Shown in pieces: positions 29,047-39,233 of a DNA stretch of 64,000 nt. The notes under the pieces are model-generated. The model had not been told where the DNA came from and did not search any database. It worked only from the letters and a program-made list of their open reading frames with translations. Numbering within the stretch: position 1 is the stretch's first letter; the number at the start of each line of letters is the position of its first letter. A program made the translations under genes and the position numbers. Origin of the DNA: Candidatus Poseidoniales archaeon (GTDB lineage Archaea; Thermoplasmatota; Poseidoniia; Poseidoniales; Thalassarchaeaceae); the NCBI GenBank assembly GCA_012960975.1, contig DUAE01000055.1, forward strand, positions 41,143 to 105,142, in the 5' to 3' direction.

Positions 29047-31082
29047 TAAAATTGATTGAATTCATTGACGATATAAAAATCGGCATCCCACTTGAGTTAC
29101 CTCCTAAACCAGTCATAGATTCTTCTGTAGATCATGCCCCTGCCCGCCCGCAAGTTTTAGATTTGAAACAGAAGAAACAAGCAATAGCCAACGCGCTTAG
29201 ATATTTTCCGCAAAAATGGCACACCGAGTTAGCCGAAGAATTTTCTCAAGAACTACTTGATTATGGGCATATTTACATGCATCGTTTCAGGCCAAATTAT
29301 GAAATGTTTGCTAGACCAATCAAAGATTATTCAACACAGAACCTCCAAGCAGCAAGCATTATGTTAATGATCCAGAATAATCTCGATCCCACTGTTGCTC
29401 AGTATCCACATGAACTAATAACTTACGGAGGCAATGGTTCTGTATTTCAAAACTGGATTCAGTATAGATTAACGATGTCTTACCTTTCTGTTATGAATGA
29501 CGAACAGACCTTGGTAATGTACTCTGGACATCCGTTAGGACTATTTCCTTCTTCAAAAAATGCACCCAGAGCAGTGATTACCAATGGAATGGTCATTCCA
29601 AATTATTCAAGCCAAGAAAATTATGAAATTATGAATGCATTAGGTGTTTCTCAATATGGTCAAATGACTGCGGGTTCGTATATGTATATCGGCCCTCAAG
29701 GTATAGTTCATGGGACTACTATAACGATACTTAATGCCGCTAGGAAGTATCTTGGCATATCTTCAGAAAAGGACATGGGAGGGCTTCTCTACGTCACCTC
29801 TGGCTTAGGGGGTATGTCCGGTGCCCAAGCTAAAGCGGGAACAATTGCCGGCATAGTTACTATTATTGCTGAAATTAATGAACTGGCTGTGGTAAAACGG
29901 CACACTCAAGGTTGGTTATCTGAATATTATCACGACTTAAATGAATTAATGAAACGTACTAAATTCGCTATTAAAAATAAGGAAGCTATTTCTTTAGGAT
30001 ACATTGGTAATATAGTAGATCTACTTGAAAAACTTGACTCAGAAAATATTATTCCGGAATTGGGTTCGGATCAGACAAGTTTGCATAACCCCTGGTTAGG
30101 AGGCTATTATCCGGCAGGTTTGTCTTTCGAAGACGCAAATATCATGATAAAAGAATATCCTTTGAAATTTAAAAAATTAGTCCAATCTGGCCTCGTTCAT
30201 CATACTAATATCATTAATAAATTAGTAAATAAGGGCATGATATTTTGGGATTATGGGAATGCATTTTTATTAGAATCGGGGAAATCCGGTGCAGATATTT
30301 TCGATAAACACACACTTTCCGGCTACAAATATCCATCCTATGTTGAAGATATCATGGGGCCAATTTACTTCGACTATGGATTCGGTCCATTTAGATGGGT
30401 TTGTACATCTGGATTGAATTCAGATTTGGAAAAAACTGACGAAATAGCTATAAGTATTTTACAAGAATTAGTAAAAAATTCACCTGTTGAATTATCTATG
30501 CAATATTCAGATAATTTGACATGGATTAAATCTGCTAAATATAATGAATTAGTGGTGGGAAGTAAAGCTCGAATTTTGTATGTTGACGAAATAGGAAGAA
30601 GAGAAATTGGGAATGCATTCAATCAAGCTATATCTGATGGCACTATTTCCGCACCTATCGTATTAGGTAGAGATCACCACGACGTTAGTGGCACTGATAG
30701 CCCATATCGTGAAACAGCTAATATTAGAGATGGTTCGATGTTTACTGCAGATATGTCTGTTCAAAACTTCATTGGAGATTCGTTTAGGGGAGCAACATGG
30801 GTAAGTTTACACAACGGCGGAGGAGTTGGTTGGGGTGAAGTGTCGAATGGGGGATTTGGCCTATTATTAGAAGGAAACAAGCAATCAACATCTAATCTTA
30901 ACTCGATGCTATCTTGGGATGTTAATAACGGAGTTGCGAGGAGGGCATGGGCTCAAAATTCTGAAGCGAAATTTACTATTCGCCGGGCCATGGAAATGGA
31001 TAATAATTTACAGGTAACTCTTGCTTCTGAGGTTTCAAAAGATTTACTAAATAACATATTTTCAGATATACAGAGGGAGTGA
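29043..31082 (+). CDS. hutU: Urocanate hydratase (urocanase)
   Basis: A 679-aa protein with the urocanase NAD-binding region GLGGMSGAQ and otherwise good colinearity to HutU. Confidence 0.85.
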   Translation: MIKLIEFIDDIKIGIPLELPPKPVIDSSVDHAPARPQVLDLKQKKQAIANALRYFPQKWHTELAEEFSQELLDYGHIYMHRFRPNYEMFARPIKDYSTQNLQAASIMLMIQNNLDPTVAQYPHELITYGGNGSVFQNWIQYRLTMSYLSVMNDEQTLVMYSGHPLGLFPSSKNAPRAVITNGMVIPNYSSQENYEIMNALGVSQYGQMTAGSYMYIGPQGIVHGTTITILNAARKYLGISSEKDMGGLLYVTSGLGGMSGAQAKAGTIAGIVTIIAEINELAVVKRHTQGWLSEYYHDLNELMKRTKFAIKNKEAISLGYIGNIVDLLEKLDSENIIPELGSDQTSLHNPWLGGYYPAGLSFEDANIMIKEYPLKFKKLVQSGLVHHTNIINKLVNKGMIFWDYGNAFLLESGKSGADIFDKHTLSGYKYPSYVEDIMGPIYFDYGFGPFRWVCTSGLNSDLEKTDEIAISILQELVKNSPVELSMQYSDNLTWIKSAKYNELVVGSKARILYVDEIGRREIGNAFNQAISDGTISAPIVLGRDHHDVSGTDSPYRETANIRDGSMFTADMSVQNFIGDSFRGATWVSLHNGGGVGWGEVSNGGFGLLLEGNKQSTSNLNSMLSWDVNNGVARRAWAQNSEAKFTIRRAMEMDNNLQVTLASEVSKDLLNNIFSDIQRE

Positions 31083-32614
31083 CAATGAAGACGATAATTA
31101 TCGATGGGGAGTCATTGACTTTAGAGCAAATTTCTTCTCTAAAAAATCAAAATGTTAATGTTAAACTATCCACTAAAGCGAGTTCTAATATGAAAAAATC
31201 CCACAATGCTGTTGGGCAGATTTTAGCTTCAGGAGACATTGTTTATGGGATAAATACGGGCTTTGGTGCCCTATCATCAAAAACTATTGATAAAACCAAA
31301 TTAATTGAATTACAACGAAATCTCATTCGTTCTCACGCCTGTGCAGTAGGCGAAAGAATGAGCCCCGAACATGTGCTAATGATGATGTTGATTAGAGTCA
31401 ATTCAATCGCAAAAGGATTCTCAGGCGCACGAGTTGAATTAGTACAATTAATTATTGACATGATCAACAATAGAATCGCACCAGAAGTCCCTCGTATCGG
31501 TTCACTGGGTGCATCTGGAGATTTAGCCCCACTATCACATATGGCTCTGGGTATTATTGGGGAAGGAAAATCTAATGTTCAATCCACAGAAGGTAATTGG
31601 ATCATTACTGATGCTAAAGATGCACTGGTTGCTGCGGGTTTGCAACCTACATGTTTGGAGGCAAAAGAAGGTTTGTCGTTAATCAATGGAACCAGCCAAA
31701 TGTGCACTTACTTAACTGAATCAATACTAAATTGTGAAAAATTAATTTTTTCTGCTGACGCATCTGTCGCCTGTTCAATTGAGAGTATCAAAGGTTCAGC
31801 TTCTCCTTTTGATAAAAGAATCCATCTTGTAAGACCTCAGATTGGCCAATCAATTTCCGCAGCTAGAATTTTAGGATTATTACAAAATTCCAAGATAATG
31901 GAATCTCATAAAAATTGCGATAGAATTCAGGATTCTTATTCCTTTAGATGTGCCCCTCAAGTTCACGGACCAATGATTGATACAATCAAAGAATCAAGAC
32001 GTATTTTAGAAATCGAAATAAATTCAGCTACAGATAATCCTTTGATTTTTGTTGATGATTCTGAAATTGATGTGATTAGTGGAGGTAATTTTCATGGGCA
32101 AGCATTGGCCATTGTTAGTGACACTCTAGCCGTTAATTGTCATGAAATAGGTAGTATTTCAGAACGAAGAACAAATCAAATCCTAGATCCTGATTGGTCA
32201 AATCAAAATGCTTTTTTAGCACAAAACGAAGGTCTTGAAAGTGGTTTAATGATTTTACAATATGTGTCGGCTGCTGTTCTCGCTGAAATGAATCTTCTCG
32301 CTAATTCAGTTACTACAACAAATATCCCTGTGAGTTTGGGTAAAGAAGATCATGTTTCTATGGGTGCTACAGGATCATATCGCCTTTTACAACAAACAAA
32401 GTTCTTATCATTAATATTAGCAAATGAATTTATTTGTTCAAGTGTTGCTTTAGATAATATTTCAGAACCCGCCTCGGATTCCGTATCAAAAATTCATGAT
32501 TGGATAAGAGAAACAGTCCCCCCACTAATGGGAGATAGAGCATTTTCGATAGAAACAGAAAATTTAGCATCAAAAATATTAGACGGTCTCCTTTGCAATA
32601 TTTTTGAGGAATAA
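31079..32614 (+). CDS. hutH: Histidine ammonia-lyase
   Basis: GSLGASGDLAPLSHMA contains the Ala-Ser-Gly MIO-forming triad. Length is 511 aa. Confidence 0.9.
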   Translation: MTMKTIIIDGESLTLEQISSLKNQNVNVKLSTKASSNMKKSHNAVGQILASGDIVYGINTGFGALSSKTIDKTKLIELQRNLIRSHACAVGERMSPEHVLMMMLIRVNSIAKGFSGARVELVQLIIDMINNRIAPEVPRIGSLGASGDLAPLSHMALGIIGEGKSNVQSTEGNWIITDAKDALVAAGLQPTCLEAKEGLSLINGTSQMCTYLTESILNCEKLIFSADASVACSIESIKGSASPFDKRIHLVRPQIGQSISAARILGLLQNSKIMESHKNCDRIQDSYSFRCAPQVHGPMIDTIKESRRILEIEINSATDNPLIFVDDSEIDVISGGNFHGQALAIVSDTLAVNCHEIGSISERRTNQILDPDWSNQNAFLAQNEGLESGLMILQYVSAAVLAEMNLLANSVTTTNIPVSLGKEDHVSMGATGSYRLLQQTKFLSLILANEFICSSVALDNISEPASDSVSKIHDWIRETVPPLMGDRAFSIETENLASKILDGLLCNIFEE

Positions 32615-32616
32615 TT

Positions 32617-33336
32617 ATGCAAGAAAAACTGCACATGACAAGACATCCAGGGATTAACCCCCCTGAATTCGAAGCCAACATCGTAGGGATAACCGATTCT
32701 GCATTATTTCTTTCCGAATCATATTGTTACCCAAGAGGAGGGGGGCAACCAGGTGATACGGGAAAAATCATCAAGGCAGATGGCGAGATATCAGATTATA
32801 CAGAGGTTCTACCCGGTGAAATGATTGCTCATCCTATAGAAAACCCATTGGATTTTGTAATTGGTGAAAAAATATTGTGTCAAATTGATTCAGAAAGAAG
32901 AAACGCCCACACAATGATGCATACCTCACAACATATTGTTTCGGCACTTGCTGAAGATATCTGGGGAGCTGAGACAGTAGGGAATCAATTAGGAGCTATT
33001 CAATCACGCATTGACCTGTTATTCGATGATAAGAGTAAATTTGACCCTGTAGAGTTAGTAAACGCAGTAAATACGGTATTAAGCTCATCCACCGCTGTAA
33101 ATATCCACAAGTGGGATCGAAATATGATTCTTGAACATGAACAGATGAGACACACTAAATTTTTGCATAAAATACCTGGCGATATTTTAAGAGTCGTCGA
33201 AATTGAAGGTGTAGACCTATGTCCGTGCGCTGGAACTCATGTATCGAATACATCCAGAATTCCCACTCTCCGATACGTCGGAAAGAAGAACAAAGGCAAG
33301 GGTCGATTGAGGCTGGCGTTCGAATTTGATTTATGA
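32617..33336 (+). CDS. AlaX-type tRNA editing protein (Ala-tRNA(Ser/Gly) deacylase, short form)
   Basis: HTMMHTSQHIV...and CPCAGTHV are Zn-binding HxxxH/CxxxH motifs of the alanyl/threonyl-tRNA synthetase second additional domain. Confidence 0.7.
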   Translation: MQEKLHMTRHPGINPPEFEANIVGITDSALFLSESYCYPRGGGQPGDTGKIIKADGEISDYTEVLPGEMIAHPIENPLDFVIGEKILCQIDSERRNAHTMMHTSQHIVSALAEDIWGAETVGNQLGAIQSRIDLLFDDKSKFDPVELVNAVNTVLSSSTAVNIHKWDRNMILEHEQMRHTKFLHKIPGDILRVVEIEGVDLCPCAGTHVSNTSRIPTLRYVGKKNKGKGRLRLAFEFDL

Positions 33337-33360
33337 TAAAAGGAGAATCATTCCCATTGG

Positions 33361-33433
33361 TGGGCTCGGCAGGAATTGAACCTGCGATCTTCGCCATGTC
33401 AAGGCGACGTCATAACCCCTAGACCACGAGCCC
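33361..33433 (-). tRNA. tRNA-Val (anticodon GAC)
   Basis: Minus-strand read GGGCTCGTGGTCTAGGGGTTATGACGTCGCCTTGACATGGCGAAGATCGCAGGTTCAATTCCTGCCGAGCCCA folds as a cloverleaf. The acceptor stem is 7 bp, the anticodon stem TCGCC/GGCGA, the anticodon loop TTGACAT, and the T-arm GCAGG-TTCAATT-CCTGC. CCA is not encoded. Confidence 0.85.
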
Positions 33434-33492
33434 TAAGATAAGCCGCCGTCATGAGTCCCCCTCATCAATGATTCTCTTGGAGTGTTAAAAAA

Positions 33493-33645
33493 TCACGAAA
33501 TAATTTTTGAGATTTTTCCTAAACAACCTACTACAGTACATGAACCAGCTACTCTTGTTCTCCCATTTTTCATCTGGATCAATTTTGCATTGAGTATCTC
33601 TTGTGATTTCTTACAACTCATGCAATAACCAACATATACTCTCAT
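33493..33645 (-). CDS. Possible 50-aa Cys-rich mini-protein (CxxC...C...C), speculative
   Basis: Minus-strand ATG at 33645 gives MRVYVGYCMSCKKSQEILNAKLIQMKNGRTRVAGSCTVVGCLGKISKIIS. No recognisable family, so it may be a non-coding spacer. Confidence 0.2.
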   Translation of the reverse strand: MRVYVGYCMSCKKSQEILNAKLIQMKNGRTRVAGSCTVVGCLGKISKIIS

Positions 33646-33935
33646 GATTTGCTTTGAACGTGCTATTCGTAAATATGTTCCTTACATCCCCTCTGTATAG
33701 GTAAAATTCACAATTATTGCATAAATGGCTTACTGCGAAGCAGTTTCAAATTATATTTATATCTGAATTCTGATAATCATTCTTATCGGCAATACTATCT
33801 CCGAAAAAATCACTGACATACTGCTACTTTTGTGCAGGGAGGAATAATCAGGTATAATTGGAATATTGTTTTTATTGAAAATATATTAAACAAGCACTAA
33901 AACACCTTTAAATTTAAAACTAATACGTAAAAGAA

Positions 33936-35195
33936 TTAGTGAGAAATCAATTGCCCTGAAATTATTGTTTTAGATATTGGAGAAATTCCTGGAGTTTGAC
34001 ACCACCCATCTACATAATTACTTTTTAAAATATTAAGGTCAGCGATTCCTCCCTCACTTATACTACCTCTAACTTGATTCTTTTTCAAATTAAGAGATGA
34101 AGCAGGGTTCCGAGTCACGGCAACTAAAGCTGCGAGTGGATCTAGATTTAATCGGTGAGTCGCGAGACTACCTACAAATGGTAAAGAAATCGTGTTACAA
34201 TTTGGATTATAATCCGTAGCGAATGCAAAAGCCCAATTGTTATCTAAACATTCGTTAATTGGGTAATTTAATTTTTTACCTAAAACATAAGGGGTTCCGG
34301 GTAAAAAGGTTTGAAGAGTTCCGGCCTTACTTGCCGCATCTCTGGATTCTGAATTGCTAAAGCCTACGTGATCCCCGCTATCACAACCTAATTCAGCAGC
34401 AAGGGATAACCCGCTACCATCTACAAATTCGTCAACGTGAATTCGACTCCTAAGCCCTAATTCATGTGAAGCTTGGATTATAGTCTCTGTTTGTTCCAAA
34501 TCATACCAACCTGGTTCGCAAAATACATCAACCCAATTAGCTAAATTATTGTCCACTACTAACGGTAATTGTTCTGAAATAAGGGATTCGATATATTCTG
34601 ACTTATTGGTGTCTTGGGGAAAATCGTGGGCCCCTAACCATGTACTGAGAATTAATTGAGGGGACAACTCATCAATTTTTCTTATTGCTTGGAGGAGCTT
34701 GATTTCAGATTCTGTTGTTAATCCATATCCACTTTTACCTTCAAGAGTAGTTGTTCCAAACTTCAATGCGGTTTCACAAATATCTAATCCTTTGTCGACC
34801 AATGCATCTTTGGATGCTTTTCTAGTAGATCTTACTGTTTTTTGAATTCCGCCCCCTGCGTTAGCAATATCTTGGTAAGAGGATCCTTTTCTTCTCAGAT
34901 TCATTTCATTTGCACGATCTCCTGCCCAAACCAAATGCGTGTGTGAATCGACAAATCCGGGCACGATTGCCTTGTGATTTACATCAATTATTTTGACATT
35001 AGTACCTGAATATTCATCTAATAATTTATTTGAATCATCTATTCGAATTATCTTATTCTCTTCAATAAAAATTCCAAGACCGGGGTTATGTACTAACTGA
35101 TCTCTATTGAGCATTGAGTCCCCGGAGAGGGGTTTATTTGGGTCACCCGCTGAAAGAGTTGCTAGCTCGCCTATGTTAACCAAGAGCAACTGCAT
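33936..35195 (-). CDS. hutI: Imidazolonepropionase
   Basis: VDSHTHLVWAGDRANE metal-binding motif and amidohydrolase fold. Length is 419 aa. Confidence 0.85.
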   Translation of the reverse strand: MQLLLVNIGELATLSAGDPNKPLSGDSMLNRDQLVHNPGLGIFIEENKIIRIDDSNKLLDEYSGTNVKIIDVNHKAIVPGFVDSHTHLVWAGDRANEMNLRRKGSSYQDIANAGGGIQKTVRSTRKASKDALVDKGLDICETALKFGTTTLEGKSGYGLTTESEIKLLQAIRKIDELSPQLILSTWLGAHDFPQDTNKSEYIESLISEQLPLVVDNNLANWVDVFCEPGWYDLEQTETIIQASHELGLRSRIHVDEFVDGSGLSLAAELGCDSGDHVGFSNSESRDAASKAGTLQTFLPGTPYVLGKKLNYPINECLDNNWAFAFATDYNPNCNTISLPFVGSLATHRLNLDPLAALVAVTRNPASSLNLKKNQVRGSISEGGIADLNILKSNYVDGWCQTPGISPISKTIISGQLISH

Positions 35196-35247
35196 GAACG
35201 TCCGAGAAAGTGATACTTGAAAGCACTATGTCTGTTCGAAGAATATA

Positions 35248-36255
35248 ATGGGCATTGTTATCGGTCTCGAAAGTACGGCCCACACTCTATCAATTGGTGG
35301 TGTGAAAGAGAGTGGGGAGCTAATTCCTTCATGCTCTGCCCTTTTTAGGCCGGAAGAGGGGGGAATTCATCCTCGTGAAGCTGCAGATCATCATACAGAA
35401 AATGTATCGATGATAATTTCAAATTTTTTTCAAAAAAACAACATCCAGAAAAAAAATATCACATCTGTCGCCTTCAGCCAGGGACCTGGCTTAGGTCCTT
35501 GTTTAAGGGTCGGCGCATCTGTTGCTAGAGCCTTGGCTTCAGATCTAAATATACCCTTAATTGGTGTCAATCATTGTATTGCACATATTGAAATTGGACG
35601 AAGTCAAACTGGGTGTACAGACCCGATTTTACTTTATGTAAGTGGGGGAAATACGCAGGTAATCGCTCGCATGGGGGACAAATATCGTGTTATTGGTGAA
35701 ACTTTAGACATCGGCATAGGCAATATGCTTGACAAATTTGCTAGAGCTCAGGGGATTCCTTTTCCCGGCGGACCTGAGGTGGAAAAATTAGCTAAAAAAT
35801 GGGTGAATGATAATCCAAATGCGTCGCTTGATGAGGTTCAATTACCATATGGAGTTCAAGGAATGGATTTGTCATTTTCAGGTATGTTAACTGCTGCTCA
35901 GCAATTACTCAATGCTGGAAAACCATTAGCTCAAGTATGCTGGTCACTACAAGAGCATGCTTTTTCTAGTTGTATAGAAGTTGCAGAACGGGCATTAGCG
36001 CATTTGGGCAAAACAGAGATTCTTCTTGGAGGTGGAGTTGCATGTAATTCTCGAATTAGAGAAATGTCTGTATTAATGTGTCTCGAACGTGGAGCTAGTT
36101 CACACTGGCCAGAAAAACAATATTGTATAGATAATGGAACAATGATCGCTGAATTAGGAAGATTGGCAAGATTATGTGATGTTGAAACTAATTTTTCAGA
36201 TAGCAAAATAAATCCATTGTTGAGAACTGATTCAACAATAGTATCTTGGCTTTGA
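35248..36255 (+). CDS. kae1: tRNA N6-adenosine threonylcarbamoyltransferase Kae1 (stand-alone, no fused Bud32 domain)
   Basis: MGIVIGLESTAHTLSIGGV...HCIAHIE...GGGVACN are Kae1/TsaD motifs. The 335 aa length leaves no room for a kinase domain. Confidence 0.85.
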   Translation: MGIVIGLESTAHTLSIGGVKESGELIPSCSALFRPEEGGIHPREAADHHTENVSMIISNFFQKNNIQKKNITSVAFSQGPGLGPCLRVGASVARALASDLNIPLIGVNHCIAHIEIGRSQTGCTDPILLYVSGGNTQVIARMGDKYRVIGETLDIGIGNMLDKFARAQGIPFPGGPEVEKLAKKWVNDNPNASLDEVQLPYGVQGMDLSFSGMLTAAQQLLNAGKPLAQVCWSLQEHAFSSCIEVAERALAHLGKTEILLGGGVACNSRIREMSVLMCLERGASSHWPEKQYCIDNGTMIAELGRLARLCDVETNFSDSKINPLLRTDSTIVSWL

Positions 36256-36320
36256 CATAATTGAACTCAATACACTTATGAAACCCATTCCTTAGGATTG
36301 GATAGGAGACTGGTTCAGTA

Positions 36321-37103
36321 GTGCAGCGTCGACGCAAACCCAAAACGTTACCAAAAAATATTTTTGGTAAAGATTCTAATAAAGAATCTAAGAAAAAAAC
36401 ACGGGTGGCAACTCCGAAAACACCCACTCCGAGGGCAACTCCCACCCCAACGGCTACACAGGCGATTAATGTTCAACCACCATCACCACCCAAAATCCAA
36501 TCAGATAATAAAAATCTAAAATCAATTTCAAAAGATAAAACACCAGTAGAGAAAACTGATTCAACTAAGTTAGTTAAGGAAATTATCATTCAAACAGAAC
36601 CGATTATTGGAGACAAAAAAACACCCCGAGAGAGGAGAAAAGGTGTCGGGTTAAAGAATAATAATTCCAAACAAATTATAAAACCTTCAGAAAAAGTGCA
36701 ATCTGATAAAGCGGTTCAATTAATTCAGCAAAGTAAACTTAGGGCCGCTCAAAATATTGGATTGAATAAAAATATACCTGTAGCTAAGCCAGTGGTTAAA
36801 CCCCCTCCAAGGCCACGCCGAAGGGCTCCTAAATCAAGTTACCAACCAGCTAATCGTGCCAAAAGATTGGACCGTAGTCGCCATATGGAATACAAATATG
36901 AAATGAGGGGGCTGTTGAAAAAATTAGATATTATAGAAGAACATCATTCAGGATTACTGGGTTCAATTTGGGCTAAAGGTGAGCGACAAACAGCTGCTGA
37001 AGCTAAATTGTATTTAGTTGGAAAATTAAATGATGGTATTATTAATGAACATCAATCAGAAAAATTATCCAAAATAATTGATGAGTACACAATAAGGAGA
37101 TGA
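36321..37103 (+). CDS. Lys/Pro/Thr-rich, probably disordered basic protein with a structured C-terminal ~90 aa, function unknown
   Basis: GTG start. KKKTRVATPKTPTPRATPTPTAT and KPVVKPPPRPRRRAPK are low-complexity. The C-terminus EYKYEMRGLLKKLDIIEEHHSGLLGSIWAKGERQTAAEAKLYLVGK looks globular. Confidence 0.4.
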   Translation: MQRRRKPKTLPKNIFGKDSNKESKKKTRVATPKTPTPRATPTPTATQAINVQPPSPPKIQSDNKNLKSISKDKTPVEKTDSTKLVKEIIIQTEPIIGDKKTPRERRKGVGLKNNNSKQIIKPSEKVQSDKAVQLIQQSKLRAAQNIGLNKNIPVAKPVVKPPPRPRRRAPKSSYQPANRAKRLDRSRHMEYKYEMRGLLKKLDIIEEHHSGLLGSIWAKGERQTAAEAKLYLVGKLNDGIINEHQSEKLSKIIDEYTIRR

Positions 37104-37107
37104 TTGT

Positions 37108-37593
37108 ATGATTGTAGAAGAAAATAAAGTCGTAACAGCGGATTATGTAGGATATTTTCCTGAAAATAAAGAAATTTTTGATTCCTCAAAAGCTGAAGGT
37201 AGACAACCGATATCATTTTTAATTGGTCATCAAAATATGATTTTAGGCTTTGAAGAAGAAATCATGGGGTCGGATATTGGAGAAAAAAGAATTTTTACTT
37301 TAGATCCTGAGCGGGCTTATGGTCACCGAGAGGAAGATCGTGTTTTACAAATGGAAAGAGGGCAATTCCCCGATGATCTAGAAGTTGGGATGCAATTCGA
37401 GGCTGCAGTACAAGGCCTGCCAACGCCTTTTGAGGTCATTGAAATTAATGACTCAGAGGTAGGTTGTGACTTCAATCATCCGATGGCAGGGAAATCATTA
37501 ACTTTCGAAGTGGAAATTATATCCATAAGAGATCCAGTCGATGAAGAGTTGGCACATGGGCATGTTCATGGCCCCGGTGGCCATCACCATTGA
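37108..37593 (+). CDS. FKBP-type peptidyl-prolyl isomerase, SlyD-like, with His-rich C-terminal tail
   Basis: FKBP fold (VTADYVGY...) with an inserted flap. It ends in HGHVHGPGGHHH. Confidence 0.75.
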   Translation: MIVEENKVVTADYVGYFPENKEIFDSSKAEGRQPISFLIGHQNMILGFEEEIMGSDIGEKRIFTLDPERAYGHREEDRVLQMERGQFPDDLEVGMQFEAAVQGLPTPFEVIEINDSEVGCDFNHPMAGKSLTFEVEIISIRDPVDEELAHGHVHGPGGHHH

Positions 37594-37612
37594 AGCACAT
37601 CATTAATTTGCA

Positions 37613-39232
37613 TTGTTTAACCTCAACGAGTTGAGAAGCATGCATGAAGACGAATCAACCACCCGCAGAGGGATTGTTAGATCTAGTGTTTCTACCCCGG
37701 AAACTGCGGTAGACTCAGGCCATCCTGTAGATGGTCATCCACTCCCTGGTCAACCCCCTTACACGAGAGGAATACACAAGGAAATGTATCGTAATAAACG
37801 ATGGACAATGCGTCAATATGCTGGATTTTCCACTGCTAAAGAAACAAATCAAAGATTTAAATTATTATTGAATTCAGGGCAAACGGGCCTCTCTGTAGCT
37901 TTTGATTTGCCAACGCAACTAGGTTTAGATTCGGATCATGAAACTTCAGAAGGGGAAGTTGGCAAGGTAGGAGTGGCTATAGATACTCTAGACGATATGA
38001 GAGAATTATTTGACGAAATTGACTTGGGAGAAGTATCTACTTCTATGACAATTAACGCTTCAGCAACTACTCTACTAGCACTATACGTGGCTCTAGCGGA
38101 TGAAAAAGGGATTGCGAGATCCAAACTAAAAGGTACTGTGCAAAATGATATCTTGAAAGAGTATATTGCCAGAGGACTTTATGTTTATCCACCCAATGAA
38201 TCCATTCGTCTTACAACAGATTTATTTCAATGGTGTCATGAAAATTTACCATCTTGGAATACAATATCAGTTAGTGGATATCATATGAGAGAAGCAGGAT
38301 GTACAGCAGTTGAAGAGGTCGGTTTAACGATTTCAAATGCCCTTTATTATGCAGAAGAAGCTATTAAAGTTGGAATGAATATAGATGATTTTGCTCCGAG
38401 AATGTCATTCTTTTTTGGGTGCCATAATGATTTTTTGGAAGAAATTTCCAAATTTAGAGCAGCAAGGCAAATATGGTTTGAACAAATCACAAAAAGGTTC
38501 TCGCCACAGAATTCACGTTCTCAAAAACTTAGGTTCCATACCCAGACAGCAGGAGTCACACTTACTGCCCAACAACCTATGAACAACGCAATAAGAGTTG
38601 CATATCAAGCATTATCTTCAGTTTTCGGTGGCACCCAATCCCTCCATACCAATAGTTTCGATGAAGCTATTGGATTACCAACAGATAAAGCAGTAAAAAT
38701 CGCTCTACGAACTCAACAAATTATCTCTGATGAGATTTTTGTTGCAGATACAGCAGATCCTTTGGCCGGTTCATACCTAATCGAGGAACTGACCGCAAAA
38801 ATTGTTACTGGTGCCAACGAACTGATTGATGAAATTTATTCTTATGGTGGGGCTATGGATGCAATAAAGTCTGGTGTTCAACAGAAAAAAATTCATGAAA
38901 GCGCCTGGAGGGAATTGAAAAAAATTGAATCCGGAGAATTGCCAGTCATAGGCGTGAATAAATATGTTGAAGATGTTGTAGATGCCAATTTGGGTTTGAG
39001 ATTAGATAAAAATCTATCAAATTCCCAAATAAATAAATTAAAAGAAATTAAAAAATCAAGGAATAATGACTCTGTCTTGGAATCATTATCCCAATTACGA
39101 ATCGCATGTAATTCAGACCATAATGTGATGGAACCTTTGATTATTGCATTGAAATTCGGAGCCACTGTAGGAGAAGTTAATGGAATCATGAGAGAAGAAT
39201 TTGGGACCTGGGTCTCACCAAGCGGAGTATGA
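37613..39232 (+). CDS. Methylmalonyl-CoA mutase, large catalytic (alpha) subunit, N-terminal TIM-barrel part
   Basis: WTMRQYAGFSTAKETNQRFKLLLNSGQTGLSVAFDLPTQLGLDSDHETSEGEVGKVGVAIDTL matches the MCM substrate-binding barrel almost residue for residue. No B12-binding domain is present. Confidence 0.9.
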   Translation: MFNLNELRSMHEDESTTRRGIVRSSVSTPETAVDSGHPVDGHPLPGQPPYTRGIHKEMYRNKRWTMRQYAGFSTAKETNQRFKLLLNSGQTGLSVAFDLPTQLGLDSDHETSEGEVGKVGVAIDTLDDMRELFDEIDLGEVSTSMTINASATTLLALYVALADEKGIARSKLKGTVQNDILKEYIARGLYVYPPNESIRLTTDLFQWCHENLPSWNTISVSGYHMREAGCTAVEEVGLTISNALYYAEEAIKVGMNIDDFAPRMSFFFGCHNDFLEEISKFRAARQIWFEQITKRFSPQNSRSQKLRFHTQTAGVTLTAQQPMNNAIRVAYQALSSVFGGTQSLHTNSFDEAIGLPTDKAVKIALRTQQIISDEIFVADTADPLAGSYLIEELTAKIVTGANELIDEIYSYGGAMDAIKSGVQQKKIHESAWRELKKIESGELPVIGVNKYVEDVVDANLGLRLDKNLSNSQINKLKEIKKSRNNDSVLESLSQLRIACNSDHNVMEPLIIALKFGATVGEVNGIMREEFGTWVSPSGV

Positions 39233-39233
39233 A

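Noticed and set aside
33361-33935. tRNA-adjacent region as a possible integrated mobile element
   Set aside because: No integrase, transposase, direct repeat of the tRNA 3' end, or foreign-looking genes. Flanking genes (hutI, alaX) are housekeeping.
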